Notes under the pieces: generated by a model
Database searches by the model: none
Told to the model about the DNA's origin: nothing
The model's input: only the letters and a program-made list of their open reading frames with translations
Part shown: piece by piece, positions 8,167 to 17,626 of the stretch
Layout: every line of letters begins with the position of its first letter
Numbering within the stretch: the stretch's first letter is position 1
Position numbers and translations under genes: made by a program
IMG/VR virus record: IMGVR_UViG_3300010149_000008
Strand: one strand, 5' to 3'
DNA from: a virus
Lineage: Duplodnaviria; Caudoviricetes
Length of the DNA: 64,000 nucleotides

Positions 8167-9908
8167 ATGATCAATTTAATTAAAAATTTTTTTTTGTTTT
8201 ATTAATAACATATGGATGTGCACAAGACTATTCTGTAGCATTACCTGACATAGAAGTAAATGACAGGCTTTACTCGGGAAGTCAAGTAAAAATAAAATAT
8301 TCTAACAACTTAGAATATGATAATGTAAGTGTAAAGCTAGTTGATAGCAGTAAACATTTAGTTGAAAATTACGGTACACAGTTTTATGACAAAATATTCT
8401 ACATAAATAGATTTGTTAATTCAAGGATAATGTTTTATGAGAATTACTTTTTTAAAATAGAATTCTTAAGAAAAGATGAAACCTATGTAGTTTATCATCC
8501 TGTAGAAATAGAGCCTTCAATTATTGTAAAAAGTTTTTGTGTAACCAAAGACTGTCAATCTTTAACAGGGAACGTTGTTCAAAATACTTTTTCAAAAATT
8601 AGTATAAGTACTTATAAGATTGCTGCAAATAGTATTACATATAATTTTATTACACCTTATGAAAACTTTTCTATTGAACATAAATTTAATGATGCAGTCA
8701 GTGAAGATTGGATAGAAAACATATCGTTTAAAAGTGTTCCTAAAGAATATTCTTCTTATATAGGAACATTAATGATAGAAGCAAAAGATACTGAAGGAAA
8801 CATTGTTGAAACTGCTTTGCCTTTTAAAGTAGTAAGACCTATAGAAATTAAGCATTATGGAAAGCATGAGTTAGCTGAAGTCTATGAACCTGTTCCTGTT
8901 ACAGGTTGTATACCCGGTTCAATAGGCAACAACGTTCAATATTCAGAATCTGTGTCAGAAACAAGACAAAATAGTGTTTCTATAACTATAGACAATAGTT
9001 GGACAAACAGTAACATTTTTAGCACATCATCAGGCCAAACAGAAGGTATATCTATTGGCGAGACAGAAAGTACTATACTTTCATCTTCTTTATCTGAGGC
9101 TGAAACTTTTGGTCAAACAGAGGCTAATGAATACATTGATAGTGAAACATCAAACATATCTTATAGTACTAATGATGGAGAAAATTGGACTTGGTCGTTA
9201 GGTGAATCTGAAACTAATGGTACATCTAATACTACTACAGACAGCTCGAGCACAGGTGTAGATGGAAGGGTAACAACCGGATTTTCAGGAGAAGGATCTT
9301 TACCTTTTTTAGCAAAAGCTAGCGGAAAAGTAGAAGTAAGTGCAGGAGTAAATGCAGGATGGGGAAATTCTAATTCTGACACAAATTCTGAAACTGACAC
9401 TACTTCAAGAGGATATTCTACGGGAGGAAGCTCACAATCAGGCAGGTCTTACGGCAGTGCCCAGAATAGCGCCAGAAGTCATTCTTTAAGTGGTACATAT
9501 GTTTTATCAAGTTCTACGTCAAATACAATAACAGAGACATCTGCTTTATCTTCAAATAGAATATGGAACATGTCAGAAAGTGTAACTAGCGGCAAAACAG
9601 TATCAGAGGCAAATTCAGAAAGTCTTGCTAAGACAGTTGTTGATTCTTCTACAAGCAGCACTACTTTTAGCTATAGTGCATATATTCCTAGAGGAAGATA
9701 CGGAGTTTTTTTTAGACAGACTAGCAGGTATGTCAAGCTATCTGAAATCGTTGTATATGATTTAAACGGATATCCTTCTCACAGCGGATTTGTTGCTATG
9801 AATACGTGGTCGTGGGCACCAGAACTATCAGTAGCAAATAGTTGCGAAGAAGCAATGGAAAACAGGCTACCTGATTCTGAGTGTATAATTCAGCCTTGTG
9901 GAGAATAA
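8167..9908 (+). CDS. Putative lipoprotein with aerolysin/ETX-MTX2-like beta-pore domain; frame break at the T9 tract 8187-8195
   Basis: The 8430 frame is open back to 8184; one extra T or a -1 slip gives MINLIKNFFFVLLITYG|C; amphipathic hairpin GSLPFLAKASGKVEVSAGVNAGWG in a Ser/Thr-rich stem. Confidence 0.6.
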
Positions 9909-9937
9909 TTAGTTTGCAAATTAAAAACGAGGAACAT

Positions 9938-12361
9938 ATGAAAAATAATATTACATATTATATTAAAAAATTATTTGATAATAAAAGAAAAAACAGACAT
10001 TCTATTATTGATATCATGCTTGAAGGTGGCGCAGGCGGCCACATGCAACATCCTTATGACGACAATGAACTTACCCTACAAGAGATAAAGGAAATAATAA
10101 TTGATGCATCAAGTGGAATGATAGATGACAAAGGAAAGTCTAAAGCAGTAGAAAAAATTGATGGCTTTAACATGCACTTTGCATTGTTTGTTGATGCAGA
10201 ACACGGTAACGTTGATTTTAACAACGATGTTTATTTTCTTAGATCTAAAACTAAAGTAGGAGATAGATCTTTAAATTTAAACGGAATAAAAAAAGAATAC
10301 GAATCACATCCAGCAAGTGAAGTTTTTATACTAGGATGTGAAGTTATTGCAAGAGCTTGTGCTAGAATTCCTACTGATACTTTAAGAGCAGTTTTTTCTG
10401 AGCCCTCAGCAGAAGACTCAGCAGAAATACCTGATGGTGCAACATTCGCAGGTACATATGTAAATACTGAAATTGTTTTTCCTAAAAGACCAATACAAAT
10501 AAAATATGACAGCCCTACAATATCTTTTCACGAATTAAAAGATTATTATACAAAACCTTCTGGAAAAAGAGTATCAGTTACAGAATTCAATTACAATGAT
10601 GAAAGATATAGCAAATTCATCAGATCTTTTAATTCACAAAACTTAAATAATATTATTCGAATTTCTAGCTCAGCTGTAAAAGGAGTAGAACACGATCCTA
10701 ATCAACACGAAGAGTTTGATTTTAATTTAATAGGTTCAACTGAAAACAAAATTATGTTAAATCAATTAGAAGATTTACAAGTTCAAGAATTATTAGGAAT
10801 TATTGACAATGTTAAAAGAAAATCAGGTTTAACAGATGAAGCTACATTAAGAGACGTAAAAGTTTCATACATACAAGCAGTATGTCAAGATCAAGCAGAG
10901 TCTGTGAAAAATCTATTGATTGCAGATTTTTCAGACAAAGGAATGACCGAAGAAAACGCAAAACTACTATCAGGGTTTATTGTCTATAATATAGCAATGA
11001 AAGTAGGAAGACTTCCAGCAACGAATCAGGACTTTAAAGATCTTAAGAGCACAGCAATAAAAAAAGCTTTTACCGATAAAGATTTGAAAAAAGCAGTAGA
11101 GTCAACTGGTGCATTTAGGCAAAAAGATAACAAGTATTTATCGTCTGCTATGCCATCTATAATGAGTACATTTAACAATTCTTTTAAAGAAATAACAGAG
11201 CTATTTTTTATTTTAGGAGTAGAAATGCTTCAAGGTAGAAAGTCTAACTTGATGTCAAAAGAAACTGCTAAAGCGCAGTCTGAAAAAATGACTGCTGATT
11301 TGGTTTTAGCTCTACAAGACTTTTATGATCTCAGAGATGATGATCCTATGAAGTTAAAGCTAAACAGACATGTTAGTAAAATTGAATCACTTATTGTTAG
11401 ACAAAACACAAAACTAGGAATTCAAGTTGACAGATCAAATAAAAGTGATATCGTGCAAAAAGCATCTAACATTTCTATAGAAGCAATAGAAGGTATTGTA
11501 TATAATTTTAAAAACAAAAGATTTAAATTTACAGGAACTTATGCGCCTATTAATCAGTTGATGGGTTTTAATACTGTCGGACTTTTTCCGTCAAGGTTTC
11601 CTAGAGTTTATAGTCAAAGAATAAACTGGGACATAAAAGAAGATACAAAAACAGTTTTAATACTACCAGGTTCATTCAAACCTCCTCATGTTGGACATTT
11701 ACAATTGCTTAAACATTATATGGACCAAGGTGTTGATCAAGCTCTTATATTGGTCACAGACCCAAGAAATGAGCAGTCTGTTAGAAGAATTGGTAATAAG
11801 TCAATTGACGGTAATGTTGCGACTGTTTTATGGAAAATATTAGCAAAAGACTTGGTTGACTCTGGTAAAGTTAGTGTTATAGTTAGTCCTGCTTCTAATC
11901 CTATAGAAGTTGCTGTATCGATGTTAGTAGAAGGCTCTGACAAACTTAAACAAGGCACTAAAGTTTATCTAGGCTCTTCTTCAAAATTAACTTACGATAA
12001 AATTAAAGGAACATCAGAAAAAATTATAGGAACAGAACAAGTACAATCTGATGACTCTGATAGATATGATAGACTTTTAGAGTACGCAAACATAGCTGAT
12101 TACTTGGACATACAAGATCCTAGACAGAATGCATGTCCACCTGTGACATTACCTGCTGAGTACGTACAAAAATGTCAAGATCTAGGAATATACGAAAGCT
12201 TACCTTCACAAATAGATGGAAAAGATTCATCACAATATCACGCTTCTGATCTAAGATACTTACTAGCAGCTTCACAAGAAAGTGAAGAATTAAAAGAATT
12301 GCTTGTTTATTTCTTAGGAAGCAAACAAATTATAAATCAATATATTTCTTATATTTTTTAG
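9938..12361 (+). CDS. Fusion of ligase-like (KxDG) domain and HxGH nucleotidyltransferase (phage cytidyltransferase type)
   Basis: EGGAGGHMQHPYD, VEKIDGFNMHF, ILPGSFKPPHVGH; GAGG RBS before 9938. Confidence 0.75.
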   Translation: MKNNITYYIKKLFDNKRKNRHSIIDIMLEGGAGGHMQHPYDDNELTLQEIKEIIIDASSGMIDDKGKSKAVEKIDGFNMHFALFVDAEHGNVDFNNDVYFLRSKTKVGDRSLNLNGIKKEYESHPASEVFILGCEVIARACARIPTDTLRAVFSEPSAEDSAEIPDGATFAGTYVNTEIVFPKRPIQIKYDSPTISFHELKDYYTKPSGKRVSVTEFNYNDERYSKFIRSFNSQNLNNIIRISSSAVKGVEHDPNQHEEFDFNLIGSTENKIMLNQLEDLQVQELLGIIDNVKRKSGLTDEATLRDVKVSYIQAVCQDQAESVKNLLIADFSDKGMTEENAKLLSGFIVYNIAMKVGRLPATNQDFKDLKSTAIKKAFTDKDLKKAVESTGAFRQKDNKYLSSAMPSIMSTFNNSFKEITELFFILGVEMLQGRKSNLMSKETAKAQSEKMTADLVLALQDFYDLRDDDPMKLKLNRHVSKIESLIVRQNTKLGIQVDRSNKSDIVQKASNISIEAIEGIVYNFKNKRFKFTGTYAPINQLMGFNTVGLFPSRFPRVYSQRINWDIKEDTKTVLILPGSFKPPHVGHLQLLKHYMDQGVDQALILVTDPRNEQSVRRIGNKSIDGNVATVLWKILAKDLVDSGKVSVIVSPASNPIEVAVSMLVEGSDKLKQGTKVYLGSSSKLTYDKIKGTSEKIIGTEQVQSDDSDRYDRLLEYANIADYLDIQDPRQNACPPVTLPAEYVQKCQDLGIYESLPSQIDGKDSSQYHASDLRYLLAASQESEELKELLVYFLGSKQIINQYISYIF

Positions 12362-12373
12362 TCATGCTTTGAA

Positions 12374-14245
12374 TTAAACATCAAAATTTATTTGACTTAG
12401 TATGTCTTTTATGCTTTTTTGAAAATAAGGAGCACTTTCTTCTCCACTTATATTTAGTCTTCTACTTTGTGTATTTGCTTTTGCATTTATGTCATTAGCT
12501 ATACTTAGAATTTCTTGAAAGCGTTTGTCTTTTTTATTCTGCAAGCTTAGATTATTCATTATTGTTATAACTAAAGTAGAATTATAAAAATAACGCTTGT
12601 CTGTTGTTGTTTTTTTATTCTTCTCCGCCTCAGTAGGCACAGTTCCTCCTTTCTTTTGAGTGGGAGGATCAGGATTATACTTGATTATTTTTTTTCCTTC
12701 TATTACAAAAGCGTCTATTATTCTAATTTTGTTTTCGTCACTGAATATTTGTGTTTGCGGGTAATTATTAATTACTGAAGAGCTGACGATTGCTTTTACA
12801 GCATTGACAAATTTCTTTTTTTCATTTTCGCCATTCAATATAATTTCTGCAGGAATAACAATTTTATTGTCAATAAAATCAAAATAATCTTCTGCATTTT
12901 TAGACCAAGCATTAAACATATCATTATAAGAACTTTGTACATCAATGTTGCGATAGCTTTGTGTTACTATTTCATTATTGTTTATTTCTTTCATGCTAAT
13001 AGTTTTTTTACTGTCTGTTAGCTTCAAGCTTGAATTTGTATCTGCTTTTATACTACTTACAAAATCTTCTACACTATCATACCTTATTTCAAATCTATTA
13101 ATTTTTATATTTTTGTTAGAAATTTCCCAACTAACTTTAAACAAACCAATGCTATTAAATTGTAGATTTTCATATTCATCGTTGTTATTTATTACTTTTA
13201 ATATAGAATTTAAAAAGTGTATGGTGTTAGTTGAAATAGAATTAGTATCAAAACCTGATATAGAGCTTTCATGGTGTGTTTTTAAATCAATTATACTACC
13301 ACGGTTATTAGATCCTAACATTAAAAAGTCAAAACCGCAATTGTGTTGTATTGAATTAGCGTCAATTATTTCAATGTTATTTTCGTCATCAAATAATGTT
13401 TTTCCAATCTTTTCTTTTCTAGGTAAGCCTATAACTTTTGCCTTGTGCATCTTTAACATATTTTCATAATTAATAGCATCAAAATTATATCCAGAAATTT
13501 TATTAAAAGATTCTGAAAAATTCATTTTACTATAATTACGTCTTCCGTCATATTTTAATAATATTGTAATAATTGAAGCAATTTTTTCTTTTGAAGAGCT
13601 TGATCTTAAATTTATTTCATCATTGTCTGAGTATATACTCATTAGCAAATCTTCAAAATAAAATCCTGCATTTCGTTTAATAAATGCAGAACGACTAACT
13701 AATTGTTCAAAGTCACGACTTATACTTACATTAACTTCAGGTGGATCTCTATCTTCTTTTTTACCAGTATAATTTCCTGGTGTTGTCATTTCAAAGAAGT
13801 CACATTCAAATTTACTTATGTTGCGTTCTTCTTGAAATTGCCAGACTGGTTTTTTTATTTCCATACCAGAAATTTTATGCACTAAACTTCTTATAAAAGA
13901 AGAAAATTTATTAATAGAAAATTCTTCTGTTCTAGTAATCTGTTCAAACAAAAAAGAAAATTCTTTCTTAATTGAATTTTTTAATGTAACTGTCTCGTTT
14001 AATTTGTCATTTTTTAACTCTTCTAATAGACAACAAATTAATAAAATTTCTTTAAAACTTAAGTAATTATAGCTGCTGTTGTTTTCCATATTAAATATTA
14101 TTTCATTGTTTTCAATACTTCTAAAAAACAAATCAATATCATTTAAACTAACTGTAGCATTACTTAAACTTATTGGGGTACTTGACATTTGAAATTCATT
14201 TAGTAGATTTAAAGAATTTTTTAAACTATAAGATTTTTTATTCAT
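12374..14245 (-). CDS. Large protein with putative PD-(D/E)xK nuclease domain
   Basis: GFYFEDLL ... GFDFLML ... IIDLKT. Confidence 0.5.
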   Translation of the reverse strand: MNKKSYSLKNSLNLLNEFQMSSTPISLSNATVSLNDIDLFFRSIENNEIIFNMENNSSYNYLSFKEILLICCLLEELKNDKLNETVTLKNSIKKEFSFLFEQITRTEEFSINKFSSFIRSLVHKISGMEIKKPVWQFQEERNISKFECDFFEMTTPGNYTGKKEDRDPPEVNVSISRDFEQLVSRSAFIKRNAGFYFEDLLMSIYSDNDEINLRSSSSKEKIASIITILLKYDGRRNYSKMNFSESFNKISGYNFDAINYENMLKMHKAKVIGLPRKEKIGKTLFDDENNIEIIDANSIQHNCGFDFLMLGSNNRGSIIDLKTHHESSISGFDTNSISTNTIHFLNSILKVINNNDEYENLQFNSIGLFKVSWEISNKNIKINRFEIRYDSVEDFVSSIKADTNSSLKLTDSKKTISMKEINNNEIVTQSYRNIDVQSSYNDMFNAWSKNAEDYFDFIDNKIVIPAEIILNGENEKKKFVNAVKAIVSSSVINNYPQTQIFSDENKIRIIDAFVIEGKKIIKYNPDPPTQKKGGTVPTEAEKNKKTTTDKRYFYNSTLVITIMNNLSLQNKKDKRFQEILSIANDINAKANTQSRRLNISGEESAPYFQKSIKDILSQINFDV

Positions 14246-14607
14246 CTTTTACCACCACTATACACTTTTGCAAAGCCTTCAGATATTAATTTGCCATTAT
14301 AGCTATTTTCGAACTCAAGTTTATCTTCTTCAATTTCCCATATTGTACCTAGCCATCTTCCGAATTTACCTTTTTTTGCAGTATGAAGCATAACTTTTTT
14401 ACCAAGAATTTTTTCTCTTAGCCAATCACGTGTTTCATATCCTTTTTTCTTTTCTTCTAAGTCTTTAGTTCTAATTTCAGGTGTGTCAATACCTACGAGT
14501 CTGACTTTGATTCTTGCTGATAGCTTAAAACCTAAGTCTACAACGCATGTACATGTATCACCATCGTAAACTTTAACAACTTCAGCAATATAATAATATG
14601 GTTTCAT
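14242..14607 (-). CDS. Thermonuclease (SNase-like)
   Basis: VVKVYDGDT, VRLVGIDTPE, GKFGRWLG. Confidence 0.92.
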   Translation of the reverse strand: MKPYYYIAEVVKVYDGDTCTCVVDLGFKLSARIKVRLVGIDTPEIRTKDLEEKKKGYETRDWLREKILGKKVMLHTAKKGKFGRWLGTIWEIEEDKLEFENSYNGKLISEGFAKVYSGGKR

Positions 14608-14661
14608 TTTACCTCTCTAGATTCATATTTATAAATATGAATTATAAAAGGTATTATATAA

Positions 14662-15222
14662 ATGTCTAGTCTAATAAAAGCTTATATTAAAGTATACTTA
14701 AATGAAAATAATTTACAGACAGCTGTAAAAAGTATGACAGAAGATATTAAAGTGCAAGATGTTATTGACACTTTAAAAGGAGATATTTCAAAAAAAAGAT
14801 TTAAAAAAATAGGCTTAGGAATATTTAAATTTTGTTCTTTAGGCACCTTAGATGTATTTGATGCTATAAGTGATGTAGGTGAGATAGTTGATCCATCTGG
14901 TGCAATAAAAGATACTGTTCTTGATGCTTTAGTTCAAAAAGCAGGAAGTATGGGTCTTGCTAAAACAATAGACAGTCTAAGGCCTAAAAAGCAAACACAA
15001 AAAAATGAGCCTTTAAATATCGACCCATACTACTCAAATATAATAGACGACAAAATAGAAAAAAAGTTCATCGTCTATTATATTGGTGAACTAGAAAAAT
15101 CAAAAAACATGAAATTAAAAGATTTTATTTTACAACGTGGTGATATTTCAAGTATACTTGAAATATGGTTAAAAGATAATTTTGGAGGAAGAAGTTTAAA
15201 TACACAAGAAAAAAAAGATTAG
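14662..15222 (+). CDS. Hypothetical protein, possible virion-internal protein
   Basis: 186-aa ORF with N-terminal YLNE. Confidence 0.7.
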   Translation: MSSLIKAYIKVYLNENNLQTAVKSMTEDIKVQDVIDTLKGDISKKRFKKIGLGIFKFCSLGTLDVFDAISDVGEIVDPSGAIKDTVLDALVQKAGSMGLAKTIDSLRPKKQTQKNEPLNIDPYYSNIIDDKIEKKFIVYYIGELEKSKNMKLKDFILQRGDISSILEIWLKDNFGGRSLNTQEKKD

Positions 15223-15238
15223 TCTTTAATTTTTTTTA

Positions 15239-15577
15239 TTATTTTTTCTTTTTAGCTTTTGATTTTTTAACTACAGCCCATGCCTTAGAAGGATTTGCTG
15301 AATTAACTCTTGCGTGTGCCCATTGATGTTGTGACATGCCTTTTCTACTACCACTAGTTGCCCAAGCAGCCAAACCTTTTCTATACTCAGCATAAACAGA
15401 GCCAGGAGTTAATCCACGTTTTTCAGCTTTCTTTTTTAAAGTAGCTTTAGTAGTATCTGATAATTTTCCTGATGAAGAGCTCTTTTTCTTTTTACTGGAT
15501 TTTCTTTTCTTTTTTTTACGTGCTTCGTCAATTAATGCTTCTCTAATAAATTCTTCTAATAAAAATAAATCATTCAT
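15239..15577 (-). CDS. Basic protein, DUF5824-like
   Basis: YRKGLAAWATSGSRKGMSQHQWAHARVNS. Confidence 0.7.
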   Translation of the reverse strand: MNDLFLLEEFIREALIDEARKKKKRKSSKKKKSSSSGKLSDTTKATLKKKAEKRGLTPGSVYAEYRKGLAAWATSGSRKGMSQHQWAHARVNSANPSKAWAVVKKSKAKKKK

Positions 15578-15586
15578 GTTACTACT

Positions 15587-15874
15587 CTACTTTTTTGAAT
15601 CATGTCTTGGGACGTTTTTAAATCCTTTTTTCTTACGTTCAGACTTTTCCATTCTGTCACGCATCTTGTAAGCTCTTTGCCGATCAGCTTCGCTGTCACT
15701 CTTAGCAAGTCTAGTTGCTGTGTCTAGTTTCTTTCTTCTTTTACCTTTTGCCTTATACTGGCTTGGATATTTAGTACTTTTCTTTTTAGACTTTCGCTTT
15801 TTGCGCTTTTTCTTACGAGCTTCGTCTATCAAAGCTTCTTTTATAAATTCTTCTAATAAAAACAAATCGTTCAT
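15587..15874 (-). CDS. Basic hypothetical protein sharing its N-terminus with 15239-15577
   Basis: MNDLFLLEEFI(R/K)EALIDEARKKK in both. Confidence 0.75.
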   Translation of the reverse strand: MNDLFLLEEFIKEALIDEARKKKRKKRKSKKKSTKYPSQYKAKGKRRKKLDTATRLAKSDSEADRQRAYKMRDRMEKSERKKKGFKNVPRHDSKK

Positions 15875-15899
15875 AATAACCTCTTGTCTATAATAATTA

Positions 15900-16292
15900 T
15901 TACTTATTTTTAGTTTTATTCATTCTTTGCGTTTTTCTTTTAGACGCTTCTTTTCTTTTTTTTGCATAATCATATGCTTTTTTAAGTCTAGCTTTTACTT
16001 TTGTGTCTTTTGCATTTTTATAAGCAGCTCTTACTCTTTGATGAATTAAGTTAATTATTTGCGATTGTCTTGCATGAGATTTAGATTTAAAAGTCTTTTT
16101 AGATAAAGTATCTCTAATATCAGTCACAGTTCTAAATTTAACGCTAACAGTGTCTTTAGGATTTTCGTCTGTGTATAATCTTCTGTCACTTCCTTTTGGC
16201 TTTTTTCCAGTTCCAACTTTAGGGTCTGCTTTTTTCTTTTTTTTAGCTTCTTGAATTAAAATTTCAAGAATATAATTTTCTAAACTATTCAC
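15900..16292 (-). CDS. Basic conserved phage hypothetical protein
   Basis: DPKVGTGKKPKGSDRRLYTDENPKDTV. Confidence 0.75.
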   Translation of the reverse strand: MNSLENYILEILIQEAKKKKKADPKVGTGKKPKGSDRRLYTDENPKDTVSVKFRTVTDIRDTLSKKTFKSKSHARQSQIINLIHQRVRAAYKNAKDTKVKARLKKAYDYAKKRKEASKRKTQRMNKTKNK

Positions 16293-16614
16293 TTTCTTTC
16301 ATTCCAAAATCAATACAACACTGTGGAAAACTTTGTTCTACTTTTTTACCTATGTCAACCATTACAAAATTAACTTTAGTATCTTTTTTATCACCATCGA
16401 ATCTAACGTTTCTATTGTTTAAATCAGCTGAAACAACATTGCCTTGAAAGATTTCATTTTTTTTAGCATTAAATTTTTTAGTACTTGCTGCTTTAGCACA
16501 ACCTCCGCAACAAATTTTTATTTTTACTTTTTGCCCAGCTTTATACTTGACATCTGTAAATTTGTTTTCATTTAAAAATATTCGCCACTCGTTTAAAATT
16601 TCTTTTGTTTTCAT
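16285..16614 (-). CDS. Hypothetical protein with TKEILNEW N-terminal motif
   Basis: Overlap-coupled ORF; CC pairs. Confidence 0.7.
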   Translation of the reverse strand: MKTKEILNEWRIFLNENKFTDVKYKAGQKVKIKICCGGCAKAASTKKFNAKKNEIFQGNVVSADLNNRNVRFDGDKKDTKVNFVMVDIGKKVEQSFPQCCIDFGMKESE

Positions 16615-16922
16615 TTGTATTTTCTCACATTTATTATTAGATTTGTTCCGTTTTTATTAACTATACGGTGCCATGTTTCTTTAGGTATTTTAAAAATAGA
16701 ACCTTTCTGCATTAACTGGGGCAGCTCATTGTCTCTCTGTACGTACCAGCCGTCACCTTCAACTAAAAAAATGTCACGATCTTCTTTATCCCTATGCCAA
16801 ATAAGCTCTTCTTCACACAAGTCTTTACAAAAACTTCTTTGTACAATAAAATAAGTAGGAGTTTCTTCTATGATAGTCTCCTTAAATACTTGTTTGTAAT
16901 CATAAACAGTTTTTTCTCTCAT
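16611..16922 (-). CDS. Small cupin-like protein
   Basis: LIWHRDKEDR...GDGW..QRDNELP...IPKETWHRI; TAATG coupling at 16922. Confidence 0.65.
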   Translation of the reverse strand: MREKTVYDYKQVFKETIIEETPTYFIVQRSFCKDLCEEELIWHRDKEDRDIFLVEGDGWYVQRDNELPQLMQKGSIFKIPKETWHRIVNKNGTNLIINVRKYK

Positions 16923-17551
16923 TACCACCACCCAGGAATGTTTCTTCCAAATAACTTTGTAGCTCTACACGACCAATATCCAGCTTTAGTCTTGTCTTTT
17001 TTCTCGCTGCATTTGTGTCTATCACCAAAAGACTTCCTCCTTTTTTTATGGGCTTCGCTTTTTCCCATAGCCATAGACATTGAAGATCCAAAAGTAACTT
17101 TTTTAACTTTAATTCTTCCTTTTTTATCTTTTTTTCCAGAATTAACAAAAACAACAGCCTTGCCGTTTCCTGCTCTTTTAACACCGGCTTTTCCTAGTTT
17201 AACTTTTTTACCTTGATACTCAGCTTCAGCGATTATGTCATCTTCTAAATAATAGTCTTCTAATAAAAATGGGTAATCTAGTGGAACCATTTGACCTTCG
17301 TAGCTAGCCCATTGTCCTACTTCAAGCTCTTTTATGTACATTTTATCAATTTCATGTAGTAAGTTTATTTTACCACTTTCATATAATTTTCTAGCTTCAT
17401 TAAATAAGTTAAAATATTCTTTTGAGCCTCTTCTGTATACATTAGTGCTAATAGGTATATTTTCTTTAATATGAAACTTAAGTCCTTCTGATAGTAAATT
17501 CTCCTCTGACTTTACTATTTCAACAACATAATCTTTTAAATTTATAGTCAT
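16922..17551 (-). CDS. Conserved large-phage hypothetical protein
   Basis: EAEYQGKKVKLGK...RRKSFGDRHKC...KTKAGYWSC. Confidence 0.75.
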   Translation of the reverse strand: MTINLKDYVVEIVKSEENLLSEGLKFHIKENIPISTNVYRRGSKEYFNLFNEARKLYESGKINLLHEIDKMYIKELEVGQWASYEGQMVPLDYPFLLEDYYLEDDIIAEAEYQGKKVKLGKAGVKRAGNGKAVVFVNSGKKDKKGRIKVKKVTFGSSMSMAMGKSEAHKKRRKSFGDRHKCSEKKDKTKAGYWSCRATKLFGRNIPGWW

Positions 17552-17573
17552 GTTTTTCCTTGTTAATTTGTGC

Positions 17574-17602
17574 GTGTATTTTTTAATAATAAATATTATA
17601 AT
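17574..17602 (+). promoter_or_regulatory. Promoter (GTGTAT-N17-TATAAT) for uvsE
   Basis: Recurrent motif 24 nt before the ATG. Confidence 0.75.
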
Positions 17603-17626
17603 AATATAAAAAAAAGGTTTATTATA

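Noticed and set aside
8430-9908. Start at 8430 for the Ser/Thr-rich protein
   Set aside because: The frame is open for 82 more codons upstream and includes a lipobox-like segment.
16900-17184. 94-aa minus-strand ORF
   Set aside because: Alternate-frame shadow inside the conserved 16922-17551 gene.
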